A stretch of 64,000 bases of DNA from Collinsella sp. (GCA_019414385.1 DXMD01000003.1:24629-88628); one strand, 5' to 3'. Positions 47,561 through 56,954 are shown, counted from the stretch's first letter. Translations and numbers: made by a program. The notes: generated by a model not told the origin, from the sequence alone.

Positions 47561-48023
47561 CGCACCATCTTATCCGAGCCGGGGCACGTTCGCATAGCGT
47601 GGCGCGTGACGGTTGCAAAACCACCCCATTTGAAACAAACGCAAAAAAGTACTTGCAAAGACGCGTTCCGACATATAAGTTGATAAAAGACCGCCGTTGC
47701 GGTTTTAAGTAGATCGAGCATATGAAGTTTGAGATTTAGCGTGTAAGAGAAGGAAGATCGGCAAAGTACAACCCCAAACGCAATGACAACTTAATGAGGT
47801 AACTGCCACATGTGAGGCACCCAGGGCATTGCTGTCTCGATTTTGAGCACGATGCCTTCCGCCTTGCATGGGCCGTTCCATCCCGCCCCTGCAGCAACTG
47901 CCTCACGGGCTCATTGAAAACCGCATAGCACCCCAACGTCAGCACATCACCCACGGCAAGCACATCACTCACGACAACCAACACATCAACAAACAGCACG
48001 AACATCAACCGATTGGAGAAGCT

Positions 48024-48920
48024 ATGACAAACCACCACGCTGAAGACGGCGATAAGAAAAGCATTCTGGATGTCCGCATTGAGCGAGCATCCGCAAACAA
48101 ATACGACGCCGCCTTTGCCGCCGCAACCATCGAGAACTTCGCGTCGCTGCCGCTCGCGACGGTCTTGGCCGGCAAGCCTCAACTGCTGAAGCGCTGCATC
48201 AAAATCATGGGCGATCCCAGCATTCGCAGGCTGACAGATCCCTATGCCCCAAATCGAGATAACGAGCCTCGCGTCCTTACTATGGGCTGCTTAGCCCATA
48301 TGCTCACGGCGCTCGACACGAAACTCAAGCTCGAATGGACACCCGACGAGCGTTGCAAGCTCGAAATCAAGCGGGACGCCCTGTGCACTGCATTGTTCCT
48401 TCCGCTGAACGACCTCAAGCGCGGCAACGTCGAGCTCGATGCGCAGACCCGGCAAATGCAAATGCCCGGCACCGCGAGACAGAAGACCCCAAGGCCCCGC
48501 GCGACCGTTATCGACCGCAACCGCCATAACCAGTTGACCGCGCAGTTTTCCATCGATGAGGCAGCCGTTAGAGCCTTGGTCGACACATTGTGCCTCCTGA
48601 GCATCAACGAACTGTTCGAGGGCTATCTCGCCCTTGTCCCCGCGACGGCACCCAAGTCGGTGGCAAAAATCATCGAGACCTGCAGGCACCAGTTTGGGCG
48701 CCATCGCAACGACGAGGAAATGAACGCCAGCATCGTGCGGCACTACAAGGCCCATTGCACAAACGGTGAACGCGCCCCAGTGGAGCATCAGCTACGACTC
48801 GCATACACCACGCCCATCGCAACGCTCCATCGCTTTGGAGCCCTTGACATCCGAGAGCCGCACGAACAGGCGGCCTGTCCCGAAACCGAGCTCGATCGCA
48901 GGCTCGGACGAACCCGATAG
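48024..48920 (+). CDS. Hypothetical protein (298 aa)
   Basis: GGAGA RBS before ATG 48024; no recognised motif; alternative start at 47868. Confidence 0.65.
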   Translation: MTNHHAEDGDKKSILDVRIERASANKYDAAFAAATIENFASLPLATVLAGKPQLLKRCIKIMGDPSIRRLTDPYAPNRDNEPRVLTMGCLAHMLTALDTKLKLEWTPDERCKLEIKRDALCTALFLPLNDLKRGNVELDAQTRQMQMPGTARQKTPRPRATVIDRNRHNQLTAQFSIDEAAVRALVDTLCLLSINELFEGYLALVPATAPKSVAKIIETCRHQFGRHRNDEEMNASIVRHYKAHCTNGERAPVEHQLRLAYTTPIATLHRFGALDIREPHEQAACPETELDRRLGRTR

Positions 48921-48982
48921 CTCGCCCGCCCTCGGCGGGCAGCAACCCATCCCACAACCCAACCAACCAGAAAGGAGTCCTC

Positions 48983-49600
48983 ATGAACACTTGTCAATCC
49001 CCCATCATCAGCCCCCTCACCATGCGTGAATCCGCCCGAGGCATCACGCTCACCAGCATTTACGATGAGATGCTCGCCCGTCGCGAGCTCTCCGTCATGG
49101 GAAACATCGAAACCCCGATGGCCCACGACCTATGCCAGCAGATCCGCCTGCTCGATGCCACCGACCCCAGCCGCCCCATCACCATATTTGTCGCCAGCGC
49201 CGGCGGAAGCGTGCGATCGGGTCTTGCAATCTATGACGCCATGCGCCTCGCATCGTGCCCCATCCGCACCGTCTGCCTGGAATTCGCCGCGTCCATGGGC
49301 GCCGTGATCTTTATGGGCGGCGACGATCGCCGTATGGCGCCCCATGCAGAGCTCATGATTCACGACCCGCTGATCCCCCAGGGGGCAGGCGGCTCGGCAC
49401 TTGCGCTGCAGGAAACCAGCCGGCGTCTCATGCAGACCCGCAAGACCCTCACGCAAATCCTCTCGGACCGCAGCGGCCTCACGCCCAAGCGCATCCAGTC
49501 CCTCACTGCAAAAGACACCTACCTTTCGGCCGAGCGCGCCGTCGAGCTCGGCTTTGCCCACGAAATCCTCTCGACCACCAAGGAGGTCGCCCATGTCTAA
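48983..49600 (+). CDS. ClpP-like serine protease (S14)
   Basis: SAGGSVRSGLAIYDAM, AASMG (Ser), MIHDP (His), KDTYLSA (Asp); GAAAGGAG RBS. Confidence 0.9.
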   Translation: MNTCQSPIISPLTMRESARGITLTSIYDEMLARRELSVMGNIETPMAHDLCQQIRLLDATDPSRPITIFVASAGGSVRSGLAIYDAMRLASCPIRTVCLEFAASMGAVIFMGGDDRRMAPHAELMIHDPLIPQGAGGSALALQETSRRLMQTRKTLTQILSDRSGLTPKRIQSLTAKDTYLSAERAVELGFAHEILSTTKEVAHV

Positions 49601-50897
49601 CCTCGCCAGCCGCCTCGCCGCATCTGAGTCCGCATCGTCCACCATCCTCGCCAAGGATCGAACGCTTTCCTGCGACACCCGCCAAACGGGACTCAACAAC
49701 AACGCACTTGTGATCGGCCCCTCGGGAGCCGGCAAGACCCGAAACGTCCTCAAGCCCAACCTGCTGCAAATAAACGCAAGCTACATCGTGCTCGACACCA
49801 AAGGCACGCTCTGTCGCGAAGTGGGACCCGTGCTGGCAGCCCACGGTTACCGCGTGCAATGTCTCAACTTCGCCGACCTCAACACCGTCCCGGCCCTTGC
49901 GCCCGGCATCGAGCGCTGCGGCTACAACCCCCTGAGGCACATTCGCCGCAAGGCGGACGGCAGGCCCAACCAGCAGGACATCCTCTCGGTGGCAAAGGCC
50001 ATCTGCCCCATCGAGGACAACAACCAGCCTTTTTGGGATCATGCGGCGGCAAACCTGCTGTCGTGTCTTATCGCCTACGTCACCGAACAGCTGCCCGCCG
50101 ACGAGCAGACGATCAGCTCGGTCATCAAGCTGATCGAGCACCTGCAAGACGGTGCCACGGGTCGATTGTTTGACGACCTGATCACGACCGACCCCCAAAG
50201 CTATGCCCTCTCGCTATGGCGGCGCTACGCCATTACGCAAAATGCCGAGCGCATGCACGCGAGCATCGTCGGCATCCTTGCCGAAAAGGTCATGTGTCTG
50301 GGATTCGACGGTGCGGCACAGCTCTATCGTGAGTGCCATCAGGTGGACTTCGCTTCCATGGGACACACCCCCTGCGCCCTGTTTGTAACCGTGAGCGATA
50401 TTGACCGCAATCTCGATCCGCTGACCGGCCTCTTTATTTCGCAGGCGTTTATGGGCCTCATACGCGAGGCCGACAAGCAGCCCGACGGCAGCCTGCCCGT
50501 GCCCGTACGCTTTATGCTCGACGACTTTGCAAACCTGCAGATTCCCCAGATCGACAACGTGCTCTCGATTATCCGAAGCCGCAACATCTGGGCAACGCTG
50601 CTGCTGCAGTCGACCAATCAACTCGATGCGCTCTACGGGGAGGCGCGTGCACGCTCCATCATGGGCAACTGCGACGCGCATCTGGTATTGGCCTTCCAGG
50701 ACCCCGAGAGCGCCCGGGTATTTTCCGACCGTGCCGATGCATTGCCCAGCACACTTATGGCGACGCCAATCGATCGCTCGTGGCTCTTTGTGCGCGGTCG
50801 TACCCCCGAGCAGGTCGAACGCTTTAGGCTCGAAGACCATCCGCTGTACGGGGAACTGCCCGAAGCGCAGCGAGGCGATCCGGAGGCCGAGCTCTAG
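49593..50897 (+). CDS. VirD4/TraG-like ATPase lacking an N-terminal membrane anchor
   Basis: NALVIGPSGAGKT, YNPL, PFWD, VRFMLDDFAN, LQSTNQL..LYG, IMGNCD; ATG overlaps the clpP stop, RBS AAGGAGG. Confidence 0.88.
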   Translation: MSNLASRLAASESASSTILAKDRTLSCDTRQTGLNNNALVIGPSGAGKTRNVLKPNLLQINASYIVLDTKGTLCREVGPVLAAHGYRVQCLNFADLNTVPALAPGIERCGYNPLRHIRRKADGRPNQQDILSVAKAICPIEDNNQPFWDHAAANLLSCLIAYVTEQLPADEQTISSVIKLIEHLQDGATGRLFDDLITTDPQSYALSLWRRYAITQNAERMHASIVGILAEKVMCLGFDGAAQLYRECHQVDFASMGHTPCALFVTVSDIDRNLDPLTGLFISQAFMGLIREADKQPDGSLPVPVRFMLDDFANLQIPQIDNVLSIIRSRNIWATLLLQSTNQLDALYGEARARSIMGNCDAHLVLAFQDPESARVFSDRADALPSTLMATPIDRSWLFVRGRTPEQVERFRLEDHPLYGELPEAQRGDPEAEL

Positions 50898-50974
50898 ACG
50901 CAGGGCCCTCGCAGCACGCGACGCTCCGGCGAAGATCCTTAAAGGCCGTGCGCCCCGGGGCCACGGCAAAGCAA

Positions 50975-51006
50975 AGGGGCCCGCATCCGATGGGATACGG
51001 GCCCCT
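50975..51006. terminator. Terminator after pgi, shared with the convergent islet operon
   Basis: AGGGGCCCGCATCC/GGATACGGGCCCCT. Confidence 0.75.
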
Positions 51007-51038
51007 GGCTATAAGGCGCGATGCGTTAACAGCAGCGA

Positions 51039-52733
51039 CTACTTGCGGTGCGCGCGATAGAACTCGATGAGCGCCTGGGTCGAAGCGTCCTGCTCGGCCT
51101 TGGCGGCGTCGTCGTGGAAGGCCGGGGTGATCTGCTTGGCAAGCTGCTTGCCCAGCTCGACGCCCCACTGGTCGTAGGAGTCGATGCCCCAGACCGTGCC
51201 CTCGACAAACGTAATGTGCTCGTACAGGGCGATGAGCTCGCCGAGCGCGAACGGGGTCAACGTGTCGCCGAAGATCGAGGTCGTCGGGCGGTTGCCCTCA
51301 AAGCAGCGGGCCGGGACGATCTGCTCGGGCGTGCCCTCGGCGCGCACCTCGTCGGCCGTCTTGCCAAAGGCGAGCGCCTTGGTCTGGGCCAGGAAGTTGC
51401 CCAGGAACAGCTCGTGCACGTCCTGACCGCTGTCGGTCGCAGGGTTGGCAGTGTTGGCGAAAGCGATAAAGTCGGCCGGAACCACCACAGTGCCCTGGTG
51501 CAGCAGCTGGTAGAAGGCGTGCTGGCCGTTGGTGCCGGGCTCGCCCCAGAAGATCTCACCGGTATCGGAGGTCACGGCGCTGCCGTCCCAGCGGACGTGC
51601 TTGCCGTTGGACTCCATGGTGAGCTGCTGCAGGTAGGCCGGGAAACGGTGCAGGTACTGGCAGTACGGCAGCACGGCATGGCTCTTGGAACCGAAGAAGT
51701 TGACGTACCAGACGTTGAGCAGGCCCATCAGCGCGACGGCATTGTTCTCGAGCGGCGTGTTGCAGAAGTACTCGTCGATGGCGTGGAAGCCCTCGAGGAA
51801 CTGTTGGAAGCGCTCGGGGCCGAGCACGACGATCAGCGACAGGCCCACGGCGGAGTCAACGGAATAGCGGCCGCCAACCCAGCTCCAGAAACCGAAGGCG
51901 TTGGCGGGGTCGATACCGAAGGCCTCGACCTTCTCGAGTGCGGTGGAGACGGCGACGAAGTGCTTTGCCACGGCCTCGGCGTTCTGCTCATCGGAGCCGT
52001 CGATGGCGCCCTGAGCCTTGAGCTGCTCGAGCATCCAGGTCTTGACTTCGCGGGCGTTGGTGAGGGTCTCGAGCGTGGTGAAGGTCTTGGAGACGATGAT
52101 CACGAGCGTGGTCTCGGGATCCAGGCCCTTGAGCTTCTCGGCCTGATCGTTGGGATCGATGTTGGAGATGTAGCGGCAGTCGATACCGGCGTCGGCATAG
52201 GGACGCAGGGCCTCGTAGGCCATGACCGGGCCCAGATCGGAGCCGCCGATGCCGATGGACACCAGGTGCTCGATCTTCTTGCCGGTAACGCCCTTCCACT
52301 CACCGGAGCGCACGCGCTCGGCGAAGGCATACATGCGATCGAGGACCTCGTGCACGTCGGCGACGACGTCCTGGCCGTCGACGATGAGCTGGCCCTTCTC
52401 GCTTGCCGGGCGGCGCAGCGCGGTGTGCAGGACAGCGCGGTCCTCGGTGGTGTTGATGTGCTCGCCAGAGAACATGGCGTCGCGGCGCTCCTCGAGCTTC
52501 ACCTCGCGAGCAAGATCGCACAGCAGCTTGACGGTCTCATCGGTCACCAGGTTCTTCGACAGATCGAAGTGCAGGTCACCGGCGTCAAAGCTCAGCTTGT
52601 TCACGCGGTCGGCGTCAGCAGCGAACCAGGCCTTGAGGTCGATACCTTCGGCCTCGAGCTTCTCCTGATGGGCCTCGAGTGCCTTCCAAGCGGCAGTCGA
52701 CGTAGCATCGATAGGTGCGGCAACAGTTGCCAT
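51039..52733 (-). CDS. pgi: Glucose-6-phosphate isomerase
   Basis: [53 protein letters not shown]. Confidence 0.97.
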   Translation of the reverse strand: MATVAAPIDATSTAAWKALEAHQEKLEAEGIDLKAWFAADADRVNKLSFDAGDLHFDLSKNLVTDETVKLLCDLAREVKLEERRDAMFSGEHINTTEDRAVLHTALRRPASEKGQLIVDGQDVVADVHEVLDRMYAFAERVRSGEWKGVTGKKIEHLVSIGIGGSDLGPVMAYEALRPYADAGIDCRYISNIDPNDQAEKLKGLDPETTLVIIVSKTFTTLETLTNAREVKTWMLEQLKAQGAIDGSDEQNAEAVAKHFVAVSTALEKVEAFGIDPANAFGFWSWVGGRYSVDSAVGLSLIVVLGPERFQQFLEGFHAIDEYFCNTPLENNAVALMGLLNVWYVNFFGSKSHAVLPYCQYLHRFPAYLQQLTMESNGKHVRWDGSAVTSDTGEIFWGEPGTNGQHAFYQLLHQGTVVVPADFIAFANTANPATDSGQDVHELFLGNFLAQTKALAFGKTADEVRAEGTPEQIVPARCFEGNRPTTSIFGDTLTPFALGELIALYEHITFVEGTVWGIDSYDQWGVELGKQLAKQITPAFHDDAAKAEQDASTQALIEFYRAHRK

Positions 52734-52851
52734 AGAGTCCTCCTCAGCATACGGGCGCACGCCTCCATGCGCCCGGACATTCAGATGCCACTATTCTAGC
52801 GCAGGTCAAGACTATAATCAGCGAGCGTTGCCAATCGGCCCCCAAACGGCA

Positions 52852-52886
52852 ACCGACCAAATAGGGACAGGTTTATTTTGGCAGGT
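52852..52886 (-). repeat. 35-bp REP-like imperfect palindrome, copy 2
   Basis: Reverse complement reads ACCTGCCAAAATAAACCTGTCCCTATTTGGTCGGT. Confidence 0.8.
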
Positions 52887-52932
52887 CAAACGCTTTACCA
52901 ATCAAAAATAACCCGTCTTTTTATGCCAAATA

Positions 52933-53508
52933 TTAGGCCGCGGCACACACGCTGCCGAGCAACTCGCGCAGAGGAGACCCAATGCCCTCAAGCAATTCGG
53001 GAGCGATAATGGCAAAAACGGGAACCTCGCCGGCTCCCGCGACGGCAGGCACCTTGCCCTCCGAGACAATACATCCATAAGGGACAAAACCGTCTTCGCC
53101 GGCATCGAGCACGGCCATGCGACGCGCGAGTTCGCGCGCAAAGCCGGCAGTATCGGCATCGCCGATCGCCAGGACAAAGTCCACGCCTTCGTCGGTCGCC
53201 AGGGCCACGGCTTCGTCGATCAGTTCGTCTCCCCCGTCACCCTCAACCGAGCCGCAGCGAAAAAGCACGCGCTCGAGCAGAGCTCGATCAAGCGAGCCGA
53301 GCGCCGCCGAGACGAGCTCATCACGCGTATGCTTGTCTCCGCCCAGCACGACCAGCGCCTTGGTGCCACCGTAGTGAGCGACCAATCGTCCGCACCAGCG
53401 AGCCACGTCCCCATCCGCAACAAGGCGTGTCGGCATACCAAACCCATAATTGACCATCTTTCCCACAACCCTTCCGTGCGCATAGGCGGTATCAATCGTT
53501 AGGCTCAT
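52933..53508 (-). CDS. Degenerate iron-containing alcohol dehydrogenase N-terminal domain protein
   Basis: NYGFGMPTRLV, KALVVLGG, EGVDFVLAIG, PVFAIIAPELL resemble the Fe-ADH N-domain; no C-terminal metal domain; start uncertain. Confidence 0.55.
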   Translation of the reverse strand: MSLTIDTAYAHGRVVGKMVNYGFGMPTRLVADGDVARWCGRLVAHYGGTKALVVLGGDKHTRDELVSAALGSLDRALLERVLFRCGSVEGDGGDELIDEAVALATDEGVDFVLAIGDADTAGFARELARRMAVLDAGEDGFVPYGCIVSEGKVPAVAGAGEVPVFAIIAPELLEGIGSPLRELLGSVCAAA

Positions 53509-53584
53509 GCTACGAAGCAAGGTTTTCCGAGCTGTTTCGCACTCTTTAGAGCTGCGTTAAAACCCGATCCAACCGCACGACCAT

Positions 53585-53619
53585 ACCTACCAAAACAAAC
53601 CAGTCCCTTTTTGACAGGT
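53585..53619 (+). repeat. 35-bp REP-like imperfect palindrome, copy 3
   Basis: ACCTACCAAAACAAACCAGTCCCTTTTTGACAGGT. Confidence 0.8.
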
Positions 53620-53648
53620 TTTGACGATGTCCGGATGAGAGGGTATTA

Positions 53649-53680
53649 TCGAACAGATATTCGATAAGAACATGTGTTTG
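53649..53680. promoter_or_regulatory. Tandem LexA (SOS) boxes
   Basis: TCGAAC-AGAT-ATTCGA (53649-53664) and AGAAC-ATGT-GTTTG (53667-53680) upstream of a Y-family polymerase. Confidence 0.75.
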
Positions 53681-53694
53681 ATGATAGGACACGG

Positions 53695-55200
53695 ATGGCG
53701 CACGAGCAGCACACCTATATCTGCATCGACCTCAAGACATTTTATGCCAGCGTCGAGTGCGTCGACCGTGGGCTCGATCCGCTCACCACCAACCTAGTCG
53801 TTGCCGACGAATCGCGCGGGCGCACGACCATCTGCCTCGCCATCACGCAGGCCATGAAGGACTTAGGAATTCACAATCGCTGCCGCCTATTTGAGATTCC
53901 CGATGGCATCGACTACATCACGGCCGTACCGCGCATGCAGCACTACATGGAGGTGTCGGCGAAAATCTACGGTATCTATCTGGAATACGTCAGCCCCCAG
54001 GACGTGCACGTCTACTCCATCGATGAGTGCTTTATCGACGTGACGCCCTATCTGGACCTCTATCACACAGATGCGGAAGGGCTCGCCTGCACGCTGCGCG
54101 ACGAGGTCTTGGCGCGCACCGGCATCACGGCGACGGTCGGCATCGGCCCCAACCTATTCCAGGCCAAGGTGGCGCTCGACGTCACCGCCAAGCACGTACC
54201 CAGTCGCATCGGCAAACTCGACGACGAGACCTTTCGCAAGGAGATCTGGCCCCATCGCCCCATCACCGACATCTGGGGCATCGGCCCCGGTGTGGCAGCC
54301 CGACTCGAAAAATATGGCGTCTACGACCTGATGGGCGTCGCCGCACTCGACGAAAACCTGCTCTACGACGAGCTCGGCGTCAATGCCGAATATCTCATCG
54401 ACCACGCCTTTGGGCGCGAGCCGACAACCATCGCCGATATCCAAGCCTATCGCCCGCAAGCGACCTCGACCACCACAGGACAGGTGCTCTCGAAGGGCTA
54501 TGCCTACGAGCAAGCCTACACCGTCTTGCGCGAGATGGTCGACAGTGCCGTGTTGGACTTGGTCGATAAGCACGTGGTCTGCGACAGCATCTCGCTCTTT
54601 GTGGGCTACGCGAGCGAGCGCGCTGACATACGCCGCCTCGACGCCAGCGGTACAGCGCAATATGTGGACGGATGCGGCCACCTGCGCTCGAGCACATCGA
54701 GTATCGAACCCACCGCAACCGCCGGCCCCGAGCTCGCGCCCCGTGCTCCCAAGCCCGTCCAGTGCGATGACGAAAGGCGCCGCCTGGTACGCGAAGCGCA
54801 GGCAATCGATGGCATCTTTGTGGGAGAGCATGGCGGCAAACCGCGTGGCGGCTATGCCTCACTCTTTGCGCACTCCAACGCCTCGCGCAAGCTGCCCGAG
54901 CGCACCAATTCGTTTAAGAAGATCATGGGGTATTTCGATGACCTTTGGGCACAAACGGTCGACCCCAAGCGACCGGTCAAGCGTATCAATCTGGGATTTG
55001 GCAACCTCATGCCCGAGGAATTTGCCACCATCGATCTGTTCAGCGATATCGAGGCCGATGAGCGCGAGCGCGACCTGGCGCGCGCCGTCCTGGCCGTGAA
55101 AGGCAAGTACGGCAAAAACGCGCTCGTCAAGGGATTAAGCTTTACCGCCGGCGCCACCGCGCGCGAACGCAACGACCAAGTTGGAGGGCACCGTGCCTAA
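53695..55200 (+). CDS. Y-family translesion DNA polymerase (UvrX/UmuC-like)
   Basis: CIDLKTFYASVEC, PRMQHY, YSIDECFID, DIWGIG, KYGKNAL...ERNDQVGGH. Confidence 0.92.
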   Translation: MAHEQHTYICIDLKTFYASVECVDRGLDPLTTNLVVADESRGRTTICLAITQAMKDLGIHNRCRLFEIPDGIDYITAVPRMQHYMEVSAKIYGIYLEYVSPQDVHVYSIDECFIDVTPYLDLYHTDAEGLACTLRDEVLARTGITATVGIGPNLFQAKVALDVTAKHVPSRIGKLDDETFRKEIWPHRPITDIWGIGPGVAARLEKYGVYDLMGVAALDENLLYDELGVNAEYLIDHAFGREPTTIADIQAYRPQATSTTTGQVLSKGYAYEQAYTVLREMVDSAVLDLVDKHVVCDSISLFVGYASERADIRRLDASGTAQYVDGCGHLRSSTSSIEPTATAGPELAPRAPKPVQCDDERRRLVREAQAIDGIFVGEHGGKPRGGYASLFAHSNASRKLPERTNSFKKIMGYFDDLWAQTVDPKRPVKRINLGFGNLMPEEFATIDLFSDIEADERERDLARAVLAVKGKYGKNALVKGLSFTAGATARERNDQVGGHRA

Positions 55201-55618
55201 GTCCCAACAACAGCCGATGCGGCCACCGACACCTTTTGAACGCCTAGCAGACCCCGAGGGAAGACGTCGCTCCGCCGACCCAAAGCTCACTGCCAACGGT
55301 GCCGTGCGCGCCAACCGCGCCGCACAGTTTATGCCCTTTGCCGCCCTCACGGGATACTACGAACTCGTGCGCAAGCAGGAAATCACCGTCGAGCCAAAAC
55401 GTGAGCTCACGGAAGAAAAAGCCCTCGTACTTTCTAAAAAGCTCGAGGGTCTCAAACGTGGCGACTTGGTTCGTGTCACCTATTACGATACGTACGGCTA
55501 TCGCTCCCGCACCGGCATCCTCGACGAGGTACTCCCTGCCTTCAAGCTCCTCAAGCTCAAAGACATCGCCATCGACTTCGACGACATCCAAGACATCGAA
55601 CTGCGCGGACGAGCCTAG
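55193..55618 (+). CDS. YolD-like protein
   Basis: RAAQFMPFAALTGY motif; overlaps the polymerase stop. Confidence 0.85.
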   Translation: MPKSQQQPMRPPTPFERLADPEGRRRSADPKLTANGAVRANRAAQFMPFAALTGYYELVRKQEITVEPKRELTEEKALVLSKKLEGLKRGDLVRVTYYDTYGYRSRTGILDEVLPAFKLLKLKDIAIDFDDIQDIELRGRA

Positions 55619-55644
55619 CCAAGGAAGCGCATCCAGGGCGGCGC

Positions 55645-56028
55645 TTACAGCGTCATGACGTAGTAGCCCGCGTCTTTCACGGCCGTCTCGAGGACACCAC
55701 GATCAACCGGCTGTTTAGAGCGCACACGTGCCGTGTGATCCGCATACGTCACCGTTGCCCACACGCCATCCAGCGCATTCAGGGCATTAGCCACGTTCTG
55801 AGCGCAGCCGTCACAGCTCATGCCGCCGATGAGCAGCTCATCGCTATAGGGATAGTGCGATGCATCGGTATCCACCACAACAACCTTTTTGGTTTTCTTG
55901 CCGCTCGTACCATCGCTGCAACAACTCTTCCCGTGTGTCGAAGCGGCAATGCGACGCAGTCCAAAAAACATGCCGACGGCAATGACGGCCAGCACGATGA
56001 GATTCGCAGGATTGAGCAAGTCGCTCAT
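55645..56028 (-). CDS. Membrane-anchored heavy-metal-associated (CopZ-like) protein
   Basis: N-terminal TM, SCC, GMSCDGC metal motif, AVKDAGY. Confidence 0.85.
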   Translation of the reverse strand: MSDLLNPANLIVLAVIAVGMFFGLRRIAASTHGKSCCSDGTSGKKTKKVVVVDTDASHYPYSDELLIGGMSCDGCAQNVANALNALDGVWATVTYADHTARVRSKQPVDRGVLETAVKDAGYYVMTL

Positions 56029-56056
56029 GCGTTCCCCTTTCAAGTAGCCCTATCTA

Positions 56057-56075
56057 GATACCCCCATGGGGTGTC
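56057..56075. promoter_or_regulatory. CsoR-type operator
   Basis: GATACCCCCATGGGGTGTC, C-tract/G-tract palindrome upstream of the HMA gene. Confidence 0.65.
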
Positions 56076-56159
56076 CCCATCTTAACCCAAAATCATGTCG
56101 GTTCTGTCAATTAGTTTCCCTATTCAAACTTTTTTGTTGACCAAGGCTTACTTTCGTAT

Positions 56160-56178
56160 ATAGGTTTTCCTAGGCTAA
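56160..56178. promoter_or_regulatory. Possible DtxR/IdeR-type iron box
   Basis: ATAGGTTTTCCTAGGCTAA resembles TTAGGTTAGGCTAACCTAA; upstream of the flavodoxin operon. Confidence 0.5.
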
Positions 56179-56203
56179 CAAGTGAGTGCTCGAAAGGGGC
56201 AAC

Positions 56204-56908
56204 GTGACTCGAACCATTGACATCCCAACATACCAAACGGCTGTCGTGCGCAACTGCTCCCCTACGCTCGCAGGTATCAAGCCGGCTTCGCTCTTTACCT
56301 ATCCCGGCGTTTACGCCAACCAAAACGGAAAACCCGGCGTCGCTAAAATCGAAGAGCGACGCTCTCGTCTGCTCGCCGTCATAGCCCAATGCAACCGCGA
56401 GCTCCAGCCGCTCGGGATCCATATGAGCGTTTTGGTCTGGCGCCCCTGCGGAGCGCTCATCTATGTGTACCGCCCTGCGGACCTTATGCGATATCTCTCC
56501 GATCCCCGCGCCGCGACGGCGCTTGTCGCCGAAGGCTACGATGTCCACAACCTGCTCGCATCCCTGGTGCATCTCGCCGCGCGCATCACGCTGGCAAGCA
56601 GCAATGCCGCAGAAAGCGCCTATGACGGCAGTGTCTGCGCACTCGCGCGAAATAGGCACTGCGATACGGGGTGCATGTGCGAGTTCCCCCACGAAATTGG
56701 CTATTTTTTGGGCTATCCCTACGAAGATGTCCATCAGTTTATCGTCCAGCACGGCGAAAACTATAAGGTCTTTGGCGCCTGGAAGGTATACACAAACGTT
56801 GAGCAGGCGCTCACGACCTTCGATTCCTATCGCGCATGCACGCAATACCTTACCTACATCTATCAACAGGGCTGCACCCTGGGACAACTTGTCCAGGCAA
56901 CCCGATAG
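56204..56908 (+). CDS. DUF3793-family protein
   Basis: CSPTLAGIKPASLF, LIYVYRP, FPHEIGYFLGYPYEDV, GAWKVY. Confidence 0.85.
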   Translation: MTRTIDIPTYQTAVVRNCSPTLAGIKPASLFTYPGVYANQNGKPGVAKIEERRSRLLAVIAQCNRELQPLGIHMSVLVWRPCGALIYVYRPADLMRYLSDPRAATALVAEGYDVHNLLASLVHLAARITLASSNAAESAYDGSVCALARNRHCDTGCMCEFPHEIGYFLGYPYEDVHQFIVQHGENYKVFGAWKVYTNVEQALTTFDSYRACTQYLTYIYQQGCTLGQLVQATR

Positions 56909-56954
56909 AGCATACAAAACGCGGCCACACGCCGCACAACCGAAAGGAAAACAT

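Larger units (their letters stand above)
47561..51068. mobile_element. Genomic islet at the pgi 3' end, no integrase visible
   Basis: Flanked by direct repeats of the pgi terminus; carries three plus-strand genes opposite to the surrounding operons. Confidence 0.75.

Noticed and set aside
49401..49592. N-terminal extension of the VirD4-like ORF in the supplied track
   Set aside because: It overlaps clpP in another frame and is not hydrophobic; a strong RBS supports ATG 49593
47561..51038. Calling the islet an ICE or prophage (ClpP as a prohead protease)
   Set aside because: No integrase, relaxase, VirB4, portal, terminase or capsid gene is recognisable
56463..56954. Long N-terminal extension on flavodoxin suggesting a frameshift fusion with DUF3793
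   Set aside because: Flavodoxin has its own RBS and ATG at 56955, and DUF3793 ends normally at 56908
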